IMG/VR virus record: IMGVR_UViG_3300031993_000015
Strand: one strand, 5' to 3'
Length of the DNA: 64,000 nt
Source: a virus
Taxonomy: Duplodnaviria; Caudoviricetes
Position 1 is the first letter of the stretch. Each line of letters starts with the position of its first letter. The translations under genes and the position numbers were made by a program. Positions 55,719 to 64,000 of this stretch are shown here, piece after piece. The notes under the pieces were generated by a model. The model was not told where the DNA came from. It did not search any database and was given only the letters and a program-made list of their open reading frames with translations.

Positions 55719-56070
55719 AGCCGCTTATGCCGTTTTTCGAATGGCGGAGGCACAGGATCATATCCTGGAAGAGCGTCTTCGTATCAAAGGTCTGAATCTG
55801 TTCGATTGGTACAGTCGTCCAATGGACAGGGAATGCTTGGACAGGCTTCGTGGCTACATCGAAGATCTGAAGCATGCCTGCCGGCAACTCGGCAAAACCA
55901 ACACCGATATCCAACGCATCATCAAGGAACAGGTTCCGGAGTACGACAAATGGTTCAAGCCCGATGAACAGGTCGCTGCCGAGGCCATGCTGATAGCCAG
56001 GCAGCTCGGACTGGACGGGCTTATTACGAAGCGCGATGCCGAAATAGAACAGGAGGTCAAGAACCTATGA
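55681..56070 (+). CDS. Hypothetical protein
   Basis: ATG 55681 (MSERPT) with AAGGA upstream. Confidence 0.55.
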   Translation: MSERPTILDQISEAAYAVFRMAEAQDHILEERLRIKGLNLFDWYSRPMDRECLDRLRGYIEDLKHACRQLGKTNTDIQRIIKEQVPEYDKWFKPDEQVAAEAMLIARQLGLDGLITKRDAEIEQEVKNL

Positions 56071-56585
56071 AAGCAAAACACTGGCTCATCATCGTGAGCC
56101 ACTACCCGCGTGGACACGCCAAGTACCAGGACATCAGCCGGCGCGGCCACACGCAGTACATGCGGATCATCCGTGACCAGCTGCTGGCAGACAGGACGCC
56201 GCTGAAGATCACGGCCAGCCAGCAGGGCATGCAGATACTCTTCGCCGTGCAGCCGGATGACCCGGACTATGCTGGGCACAAGCGCACCAACACATGCATG
56301 GATCTGATGTGCTCAATGCTGTTCAAGACGTTCAGCAACATCAAGGAAGTCGAGATCTGGGGCTATAGCGCAGAACCTGCCGTGCAGGGCTCGTGCTGCC
56401 TGTGGTACTACCAGTGGGACGACTTCGAGGGCGGACATCTGATGACAATGCCGGAGGAACTGCAGACACGCATTGTACGGCGTGGTTCGGTGTGCTCCGG
56501 TTATGTCAGCAGAACAGTCCTTGACTGGTTCGCCGCCAATCCCGGCCTTACCATCGGGTCCTGGGACTGGAAAGACATAAATTGA
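56067..56585 (+). CDS. Hypothetical protein
   Basis: RBS AGGAGGT. Confidence 0.6.
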   Translation: MKAKHWLIIVSHYPRGHAKYQDISRRGHTQYMRIIRDQLLADRTPLKITASQQGMQILFAVQPDDPDYAGHKRTNTCMDLMCSMLFKTFSNIKEVEIWGYSAEPAVQGSCCLWYYQWDDFEGGHLMTMPEELQTRIVRRGSVCSGYVSRTVLDWFAANPGLTIGSWDWKDIN

Positions 56586-56596
56586 AAGGAGGCGTC

Positions 56597-57394
56597 ATGC
56601 CTACATACAAATGCACAGGCTGCGAGATCGGAGCCTGTACCGTCACGATTCCGCTGGAGAGCAGGAAACCGTCGGAGTTCATCAGAGACTTCGTGTGCCC
56701 TGTCTTCGGTCATGAAACCGAGTGCGCGAACATGGAACTGGAGAACGCCGAGGAGTTCGGTCTGTGGCCGGACGGCACGGAGATGGACAAGGAACAGGAA
56801 ACCGGCCGCACCGAGTTCCTGAACAACAGCCAGGTCATCAACAGGCTGGACTTGTGGATTCGCGTGGCCAAGTCATACGTTTCGGACTTCGAAGCCAGTG
56901 TCAAAGACCGTGTAAAGAAGGCGTTCAACGACGCATCATGGCTCTACAGCTTCAACGACAATGCAGCCAATGAAGTCGGTGCCTCGTACACGACGGTCCA
57001 TATGTGGATCTACGGGAACATGTACTACGGTAGTGTCAGAAACCTGCTGAACGACTTCACGTCCAACTACAAGATCCACGACATAAACGGCGCAGGCTAC
57101 ATGTGCTTCTGGCCGGAGTACTATGACGACGATGACCCGGACGTCATTCCGGACAACGACCGCGAGCCTGTCCAGATGAAGATGCTGGACATCAGCACGG
57201 ACGAGATCCTGGAGAACAGGATCATCCTATCTGTCAACAAGCTGAACTACAGCGTGTTCGAGTACGTGAAGAACGGATACACGGACTACAACGATGCGCA
57301 GAACGCGGCAGACGCCCTGTCAGGCGTTATGCTGGACATGACTATCCCGGCGCCGGTCAGAGGCAGAGTGCAGCTGACCAGCAAAGCACACTGA
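56597..57394 (+). CDS. Hypothetical protein with N-terminal Cys cluster
   Basis: RBS AAGGAGG; YKCTGC...C...CP. Confidence 0.6.
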   Translation: MPTYKCTGCEIGACTVTIPLESRKPSEFIRDFVCPVFGHETECANMELENAEEFGLWPDGTEMDKEQETGRTEFLNNSQVINRLDLWIRVAKSYVSDFEASVKDRVKKAFNDASWLYSFNDNAANEVGASYTTVHMWIYGNMYYGSVRNLLNDFTSNYKIHDINGAGYMCFWPEYYDDDDPDVIPDNDREPVQMKMLDISTDEILENRIILSVNKLNYSVFEYVKNGYTDYNDAQNAADALSGVMLDMTIPAPVRGRVQLTSKAH

Positions 57395-57406
57395 GGAGGA
57401 CTGATC

Positions 57407-57631
57407 ATGGGAGCAGAAGAGCGTCATAATCGTCGTTACGACGTATACAGAATGCTTAGCAAAGATCGCATCAGTGGACAAATGGCAGGTGTGAACGAGG
57501 GCAAGATGGAGATAGAATATCTCAACAGAGAAAGAAAAGAGAACCATGTGCGGGTCAAGCCGAGGTTGAAGGTCTCTGCAACAGGCGGCTTCGATTTGTC
57601 AGCACGCAACAAAAAGAAACGAACAAAATGA
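57407..57631 (+). CDS. Small basic protein
   Basis: RBS GAGGAGG. Confidence 0.55.
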   Translation: MGAEERHNRRYDVYRMLSKDRISGQMAGVNEGKMEIEYLNRERKENHVRVKPRLKVSATGGFDLSARNKKKRTK

Positions 57632-58011
57632 CTATGCCAAGAATCAGGGAACTTTGTCCCGGTGAACTGAACGACTTCCTGGTTGAGCTGGTACGGAAGG
57701 AACTGCGTAATATCCCTCCGGATTTCCACTGCAGACGCAGGGAGCTATGCGAGGCTTTTCTGACATGCAACCAGGAGACTGGTAACAGGATCCGCATGAA
57801 AGAAGGCATGAAGAGCATCCTGCTGCAGTGGAAGCAGCGACAGGACCAGGTAGACGGACTCGAACGTCTTGGGTTCCGGATGACCAAGGGAAAGACCCAC
57901 TGGAAGATCCGGATCCCGGAATCAAACTATTTTGCGGCACTGGCCGCTACACCTGGAGATCGTAGAAGCGGCGTGAATGCAGCTGCAAACGCGGTCTCCG
58001 TTTTCTTCTAA
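57628..58011 (+). CDS. Protein with HicA-like C-terminal domain
   Basis: LERLGFRMTKGKTHWKI...AATPGDRRSGVN pattern. Confidence 0.5.
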   Translation: MTMPRIRELCPGELNDFLVELVRKELRNIPPDFHCRRRELCEAFLTCNQETGNRIRMKEGMKSILLQWKQRQDQVDGLERLGFRMTKGKTHWKIRIPESNYFAALAATPGDRRSGVNAAANAVSVFF

Positions 58012-58032
58012 CCAAATGAAAGGAGCCATAAA

Positions 58033-58782
58033 ATGGCAGACAACAAAAACAACACATTCGACATCGGACAGGAAGTCTGGTTCATCTGCAAAGACGACAT
58101 GGAGATCCTGCGTACCACTGACGGTGACGCGCCACGCTTTGACCACAGCAGCCCCAATGTGCTGCATCGTGGTCATGTCGAGCGCATGGAGAACGACGAC
58201 GTCGTGGTCACGCTGGAAACCTACATGAACGAACCTGTCGGTCGCAAGGAATCCCGCCAGAGAGGCTGCGGTGCAAAGCAGATCTACTGCAAGCAGAGCG
58301 ATGTGTTCTGCACGCCTGAATCTGCAATCGCCGCCTTCACCAGCAAGACTGAAGGCGATCTCATGAGACAGCTTGCGTGGTTCAAAAACACAGACACTGA
58401 GAAGAAGGCCATGAATATTGGCGATATTGTCTGGTGGGTGTGCGATGGGGATGTGGATAACGGCAAGGGCGGATCAATGACCGCTGACTATGTCCTCTAC
58501 CGTGGTACTGTCCTGGAAATCAAGGATGGGATGGTGACGACATCTACAGAACTGCACGCCATGCCTTCCAAGGACGACATCCAGTGGCATAGGGAGCACC
58601 CCGAAGAACTGGATGAGGTCGAAGGCACTATTGAATCCTGTCACCATACCCCGGAGGAAGCCATAGCTGAAGCCAACGAGGTGGCACATGAAACACTGAG
58701 GAAGCAGCTGGCTATCTACCAGGCAAGAGACCGTAACGCAAACGCTGTAAAAGCCGCAGGATGCCTTGGAGGGGCATTCTGA
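58033..58782 (+). CDS. Protein with two tandem SH3-like domains
   Basis: FDIGQEVWFIC / MNIGDIVWWVC and TPESAIA / TPEEAIA. Confidence 0.6.
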   Translation: MADNKNNTFDIGQEVWFICKDDMEILRTTDGDAPRFDHSSPNVLHRGHVERMENDDVVVTLETYMNEPVGRKESRQRGCGAKQIYCKQSDVFCTPESAIAAFTSKTEGDLMRQLAWFKNTDTEKKAMNIGDIVWWVCDGDVDNGKGGSMTADYVLYRGTVLEIKDGMVTTSTELHAMPSKDDIQWHREHPEELDEVEGTIESCHHTPEEAIAEANEVAHETLRKQLAIYQARDRNANAVKAAGCLGGAF

Positions 58783-59235
58783 GCCACGTCAGCACCAAAG
58801 ACGTCCGTCGTACTGGGTAGCACGTTATCCTGGTCTCAAATCGTCTGGAAACAGATTTGACGAACTCTCTTTAATATTATAGACGTGCCCGCGCGTATGC
58901 ACCCGCGTGCGCCTGCTCAGTTCATGTCGAGTTACGTAAATAACATTATCATGCAACCTCCCACTGGGCTCACTGCGTTCGCCCACCATAGTATACGTGT
59001 GTACGCGCATGTGATATATAAGTAACTATAAATAGTTCCTTATATACCACCTGTGGTACTCCCGCATGCTATTGTGGGAACCCTGTGGCCCTCTGGGCCG
59101 GTTGTATGATGTTATTATTCCGTAACTCACGCCTTTTCGAAATCAGAGATTTCTCAAGGCGAAATCCGGTCATTCAGAAAATCAACTTGAAGTTCAAAAT
59201 TCAACCCAGAAGAAAGGAGCGAAAGCGACTCACAG
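58783..59235. other. AT-rich intergenic region, candidate replication origin/control region
   Basis: ~450 nt without a credible ORF, AT-rich and alternating RY tracts, upstream of DNA-metabolism genes. Confidence 0.35.
59182..59202. repeat. Quasi-palindromic site, copy 4 (partial)
   Basis: TCAACTTGAAGTTCAAAATTC, 33 nt upstream of sbcD. Confidence 0.7.
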
Positions 59236-60417
59236 ATGAACCATTCATATCCAGAAAACAAATTATTGTTCCTTGCAGATTTCCATGTGAAGGCAAGGAC
59301 GTGGACCAACAACACCCAGGTAAGGGGTGATGCCTACCAGGCTATGCAGGTCATTGGAGATTATGCAGAAAGCAATGGGATCAGCACACTCCTGATCGGG
59401 GGTGACTTCTTTGATTCCAACAGACCGACTCCGGATGACCTTGTCCAGACCGTAGATTTCCTGACCAGATTCAAACAGGTCTACTACATCAGGGGAAATC
59501 ATGACAGCTGTGATCCTTCCTATCTGGAAGCGGTATCCAGAGTTCTTGGGAAAGACCAGTTCGTGACTCAGCTGATGGGACACATTGTGCATATGCCAGG
59601 TGTTCATGAAGGAAAGGGTGTGTGCCTGACCGGTATCCCCTGGATGTCCAACAAAGAGGAATACAGGAAGGCCGCGTTCGACACCATCCGGTACTTCAAC
59701 GAGAACTACGACAAGAAACACAGACTGTACCTGATGCTGCACACCAGTTTCAAGGAACTGCTGTCTTTCGACGGCGCCTACACGTTCGCACGCAATGACT
59801 TCAGTGACCTGTGCCCGAACCACAACATCCATCTGCTTGTCGGAGATGTCCATGTACGGGAACTGGCGCAGACGCTGTTCATGAGGAAAGATAAGTCCAT
59901 CGGTTCCATGATATTCCATAGTCCAGGTTCTGTTTATCCGCTGCAGTTCAATGATTCCGATCAGTTCCACGGATGCACCGTGATCGACATGGGGCAGAAA
60001 GGCAAGGAGCAGTTCCAGCCGCTGCCTGTCAGCGTCCGGCAGTACGTCAGCCACAGGTACACCAGCCAGACAGACCTTGAGGACTTCCTGAAGGATCTGG
60101 AGGTGACGCCGAGGGAGCCGACGCAGACGTTGCCGACATACGTCAGAGTACTGGTGCCTGCCGACAAGGAGATGCCACATATCTCGACGACGGACTGGCC
60201 GGACTTCGTGATTCAGGTGCAGCTGGAAACGACTGCACTGGAGGAAACAGCGGCCAGGGCTGCACTGGAAGGATACACGCTGGAACAGGCGATTGCAGAC
60301 GAGTTCGAGGACCCGGACGTCGCTGAGATCGCCAATAAGCTGGTGTCCTCGCCTGATCCTGCGGAAGAACTCCGGGAGTGCATGGACTTCTGGAAAGTGG
60401 AAAGGAGTGCATGGTAA
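59236..60417 (+). CDS. sbcD: SbcD/Mre11 (gp47-like) nuclease
   Basis: ADFH, GGDFFD, GNHD, GDVH, SPGS phosphoesterase motifs. Confidence 0.9.
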   Translation: MNHSYPENKLLFLADFHVKARTWTNNTQVRGDAYQAMQVIGDYAESNGISTLLIGGDFFDSNRPTPDDLVQTVDFLTRFKQVYYIRGNHDSCDPSYLEAVSRVLGKDQFVTQLMGHIVHMPGVHEGKGVCLTGIPWMSNKEEYRKAAFDTIRYFNENYDKKHRLYLMLHTSFKELLSFDGAYTFARNDFSDLCPNHNIHLLVGDVHVRELAQTLFMRKDKSIGSMIFHSPGSVYPLQFNDSDQFHGCTVIDMGQKGKEQFQPLPVSVRQYVSHRYTSQTDLEDFLKDLEVTPREPTQTLPTYVRVLVPADKEMPHISTTDWPDFVIQVQLETTALEETAARAALEGYTLEQAIADEFEDPDVAEIANKLVSSPDPAEELRECMDFWKVERSAW

Positions 60418-60418
60418 C

Positions 60419-62419
60419 ATGCTGATACTGAAAAAGATACATATGGAGAACATCTGTCAGTTCTCCAGCCAGGACATCGAGTTCGACACCGGTTTGTCCG
60501 CTGTCTGCGGCCGGAACGGTTCGGGGAAGAGCACGCTGCTCAGAGCGCTCGCATACGGTCTGACCGGCATGGTGGACGGCATCTGGGGAACCCAGAAGGA
60601 TCTTCAGAAGGACGGCGCGGTTTCTCCGGGCTATGTGGAAGTCACGCTGATCGGTACAGGCGGTACCACCGTCACGGTGCGCAGGTATGCGGCGTCCACA
60701 ACCAGCAAGAGCATGCCGGACAAGCTGACAATCACGAAGGAAGATGGTACCACGGAGGAAGTCCTGCGCAGGAGTTCCGTGGACAGTTGCCTGTCGGCCA
60801 TGTACGGGATACCGTGTCGTCTGCTGTTCCAGGTGTTCTGGCTCAGGCAGTCGCAGATCGACATGCTGCTGACTGCGCCGGCCGCCATCGTGAACGCATT
60901 TTTGCAGGACGTATTTGACATGCGGAACCTGGAGACGGTGCGTGACAAGCTCAAGGGAGCCATCGACACAATCGCCACAGGACTGCAGGGTACGGAGGAC
61001 GAAATCAAGTCGATGGAACAGGAGCTGTCGGAACTTGCCGACGACGATTACATCGACAGCGGTCTGAAGTATGTCGAGGAACAGCTTGCGGAAAGCAACA
61101 AGGAGCGCGAGGACTTCATCAAGAAATACGGCGACCTGTCGGATCTTGACAAAGTCGAGAAGCGCTGCGGTGTTCTTCGCACGGACTACTTCAAGTACAA
61201 AAAGATGCTACAGGACGCGGAGCATGTGCTGGAATCCTTCGGTGAGCCTCCGCCGGCGCCGGAAACAACGTCCACAAGACAGGAGATGCTGGATGGTATC
61301 GCCCACGCGGAGGAAAAGATTCGCAGGGAGCACCAGAACCAGTATACGCTGGAAGCTGCACTCAAGACGTCCGAAAATTCCATGAAGAATTGGAAGGCAC
61401 GCATTGAAGATGTACATCAGAAAGTGCAGTGTCCGGACAAGTGCGAACTCTGCGGAGGCGAGATCCAAGACCAGGATGCTTATGTGTCTCATCAGTGCAT
61501 GATGTTGACCGGCTGTGAGTCTCTGGCGCTCTTTGATGAGAAGGCGGATGCAGAGATCACATATCTCGAAAAGGAAATCGAGCGCGACCACAATGCACTC
61601 GTGGAGTCTCATGAGAACACGAAGTTGCTGGAAAACTCCATGCACCTGCTCCAGACGGAAGTCAAGCGCATGGACGATTACAAGCTCTATCGTGAGAAGC
61701 TCACCATCAAGGCTACTTGCGAAGAAATGCTTGCCAAGATCAATCCTGAGCTGAACAAGCTGGAACACCTGCTTGACAAGTCTGACGAGATCCGTGAGGC
61801 GAAGCGTAACCTCGACGAGGCATCTGCTCAGCTCCGGGAGACGGCTGACAAAGTCAAGGCAGAGGCAGCCAGAATCAGAGAGCGTCGCAGAATACTCACA
61901 GAGGACCTTGAGAAGGCACGTAAGCGCCTGGACCAGGAGCAGGTAAACAAAGAGGCTCGCAGAGTGCTGAAAGAGCTGCGTGACGGTCTGTCTGCAAATC
62001 GTGTGCAGGCCAGGTATCTCGCGTCGAAGATCGCGGAGATCAATCGTGGTCTGGAGCACTTCATGCAGTTCACAGGAATGCCGTTCTCGCTTTATCTGCG
62101 CGAAGACACTCACACATTCGCTTTCAGCACGCCGGACGGATTCGAGCATCCTACGATGCACCTGTCCGGTGCCCAAAAGAATATGTCTGCGGTTGCCCTT
62201 CAGATGGCGCTGTTCAATGTCATCAATCCGCAGATCAATCTGTTCCTGATCGACGAGCCTTCCGAGGCGCTGGACGACGGGAACAAAGTCGTTATGGCGG
62301 AGATGTTCCGCCGTATGAACAATATGCTCAACGCCATGCACGGAACGATGCTGATCGTCAGCCGTGACGAGAAGATGGTGGAGAGCTGTGAAACAATCAT
62401 AACCGTAGGTGCCCAATGA
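60419..62419 (+). CDS. sbcC: SbcC/Rad50 (gp46-like) ATPase
   Basis: GRNGSGKS, coiled coil with CELCG zinc hook, LSGAQ signature, LIDEP; ATG 60419. Confidence 0.92.
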   Translation: MLILKKIHMENICQFSSQDIEFDTGLSAVCGRNGSGKSTLLRALAYGLTGMVDGIWGTQKDLQKDGAVSPGYVEVTLIGTGGTTVTVRRYAASTTSKSMPDKLTITKEDGTTEEVLRRSSVDSCLSAMYGIPCRLLFQVFWLRQSQIDMLLTAPAAIVNAFLQDVFDMRNLETVRDKLKGAIDTIATGLQGTEDEIKSMEQELSELADDDYIDSGLKYVEEQLAESNKEREDFIKKYGDLSDLDKVEKRCGVLRTDYFKYKKMLQDAEHVLESFGEPPPAPETTSTRQEMLDGIAHAEEKIRREHQNQYTLEAALKTSENSMKNWKARIEDVHQKVQCPDKCELCGGEIQDQDAYVSHQCMMLTGCESLALFDEKADAEITYLEKEIERDHNALVESHENTKLLENSMHLLQTEVKRMDDYKLYREKLTIKATCEEMLAKINPELNKLEHLLDKSDEIREAKRNLDEASAQLRETADKVKAEAARIRERRRILTEDLEKARKRLDQEQVNKEARRVLKELRDGLSANRVQARYLASKIAEINRGLEHFMQFTGMPFSLYLREDTHTFAFSTPDGFEHPTMHLSGAQKNMSAVALQMALFNVINPQINLFLIDEPSEALDDGNKVVMAEMFRRMNNMLNAMHGTMLIVSRDEKMVESCETIITVGAQ

Positions 62420-64000
62420 AAGTAACATTGGCGTACTCCATGATCGAAATCGAGGATGCTCCGGCATGGCTCGATGCGGTCGGAAAGTACAAGTACAAGT
62501 CCAGGAAGACACCTGAAGAGATGCGCAACGAGAAGGCTCTGCGCAAACAGCTTGGAAAGAGCACGAAGGTCATCCCGTATAAGACCGAGGAACGCTCCGT
62601 GATGGAACGTGATGAGAAAGGTAGGCTGTACTTTCTTCCAGGTCTGTGGCCTCGTGTTCAGAAGAAGCTGGAGGAACACGGTGAAGTCTACACGGTTGTT
62701 GACAACCGGGATCCTGACAAGAAACCGCCCATAGACTTTGAGGCCATCAAAGGTATCGAGTTCCGCGAGGGTCAGGACAAGGCGCTCGCGCTCATCGCTA
62801 CGGCTGACTGCGGTATTATCGAGACGACCGTGGGCTGGGGTAAATCGTTCTTGATCAGTGTGTTATGCAAAGCATTTCCGACACTGCGCATCGTCGTCTG
62901 CACCAGTTCGTTGTCAGTTGTCAACACCCTGTATGAGTACCTGATGAAACAGATACCAAGGGAAGTCGGCATCATTGGCGGTGGAAAAGACACGGCAAAG
63001 GGAAAGCGCGTCATCATCAGCACGCTGAAGAGCCTGACCAAGATTCCGAAGGATGAGCCGGATCTTATCTGCTGTGATGAGTGCCACGACGTCGGAGACA
63101 ACGATGCCGGTCATACCATCATGCAGTTCTACTTTGCCAGGAAGTTCGGATTCTCCGCGACGCCTGTCAGGAATGATGGAACCGGTCTGGCTATGGAAGC
63201 CATATTCGGTCCGACGATCCTGCAGATGTCGTACGAAGCATCCGTCCAGGCAGGAATGGTCACGCCGATGAAGTATACGATGCTGCCATGCACATGGTGC
63301 TCGGACTTTTTGAAGCGCGGCCAGGATCTACCGGAGATTGTCGTAAAGCGTTTCTCCTATTGGGCAAATGTCGCCAGGAACAAAGCCATCGCAAGACTGG
63401 TCAGCGAGGTGTGGAATACCACTGATGCCCAGGTACTTGTTATGTGCGCTACACTGGAGCATGCGATTCAGCTGAGCCAGCTGATGCCCTGGATGGTGGT
63501 TGCGCACTATGGCAACGTGGATGAAGAGACCTTGCGCAGACATCTCAAACCGGACAAGTTCCCAAATCTGGACTTCAGCAAGTATAAGATGAACACCAAG
63601 GACTTGGAGCGAATCCGCATGGCGTTTGGCAAAGGAACGCTGCGCGGGGTTATCTCGACCTACGTGTTCAAGCAAGGTGTGAATGTTGTTCATTTGCAGT
63701 TACTTATACGAGCTGATGGCGCAACATCCAAGATCGCAAGCATCCAGATCCCAGGTCGTCTTTCCCGTCTTGACGAAGGCAAGGAATATGCGTATCTGGT
63801 CGATTTCGACGACAGTTTCACACCATGGGCAAAGCGCCGGTCTGACTCTCGTGATAAATTATATCAGGAGCAAGGTTGGACCAAGATCACACGAGAGGAG
63901 CTGTTAGATGATCTCAGAACAAAGCCTGGCGACGAATCTGACAACGCTGCTGGGCTCGTCGAAGCCAGGGAAACTGGATGTAGCGGCGCTGGCGCAGAGG
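62416..64000 (+). CDS. SF2 DExH helicase (UvsW-like), 3' truncated
   Basis: Translated by hand: TTVGWGKS, DECH, GFSATP, QIPGRLSR; no stop before window end, hence absent from ORF track. Confidence 0.88.
   Translation, partial: MKVTLAYSMIEIEDAPAWLDAVGKYKYKSRKTPEEMRNEKALRKQLGKSTKVIPYKTEERSVMERDEKGRLYFLPGLWPRVQKKLEEHGEVYTVVDNRDPDKKPPIDFEAIKGIEFREGQDKALALIATADCGIIETTVGWGKSFLISVLCKAFPTLRIVVCTSSLSVVNTLYEYLMKQIPREVGIIGGGKDTAKGKRVIISTLKSLTKIPKDEPDLICCDECHDVGDNDAGHTIMQFYFARKFGFSATPVRNDGTGLAMEAIFGPTILQMSYEASVQAGMVTPMKYTMLPCTWCSDFLKRGQDLPEIVVKRFSYWANVARNKAIARLVSEVWNTTDAQVLVMCATLEHAIQLSQLMPWMVVAHYGNVDEETLRRHLKPDKFPNLDFSKYKMNTKDLERIRMAFGKGTLRGVISTYVFKQGVNVVHLQLLIRADGATSKIASIQIPGRLSRLDEGKEYAYLVDFDDSFTPWAKRRSDSRDKLYQEQGWTKITREELLDDLRTKPGDESDNAAGLVEARETGCSGAGAE

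Noticed and set aside
1534-62512. Long antisense ORFs (1534-2982, 3766-4761, 6961-8337, 29964-31157, 59263-60453, 61208-62512)
   Set aside because: Shadow frames of codon-biased + strand genes.
1-64000. Reverse transcriptase gene in the window
   Set aside because: YxDD-like strings (YVDD in tail fibre, YIDD in baseplate, YLDD at 15709) lack any other RT motif.
1-64000. Stop-codon reassignment
   Set aside because: Genes tile densely in code 11; TAA and TGA are common stops and TAG ends genes at 36122 and 45370; no credible suppressor tRNA.

Overview
A 64-kb piece of a large (probably jumbo) myovirus genome in the standard genetic code. 1-36122 (+): virion module with head decoration protein, major capsid protein, neck/tail completion, sheath, tube, spike, tail chaperone with a candidate -1 frameshift, tape measure, baseplate, an embedded sigma-70-family factor and a 2041-aa repetitive tail fibre. 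36173-40265: Zn/HTH proteins and probable head-interior proteins. 40270-45371: a ~5-kb largely non-coding RNA island with five tRNAs, five remodelled tRNA-like RNAs and hairpin RNAs. 45845-47704 (-): terminase. 47774-58782: small, often paralogous accessory genes. 58783-64000: possible origin, SbcD/SbcC and an SF2 helicase. The main finding is a tandem array of ten structured units at 42939-45371 with retron msr-msd-like architecture: a unit-specific closing inverted repeat, a G right after the 5' arm, a conserved YG-NTN-CG triloop hairpin, and variable long hairpins, separated by G-free linkers. I found no reverse transcriptase in this window, so the retron link is inferred from structure only. 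All protein calls come from motif recognition and gene order, not database searches, and all RNA folds were done by eye.
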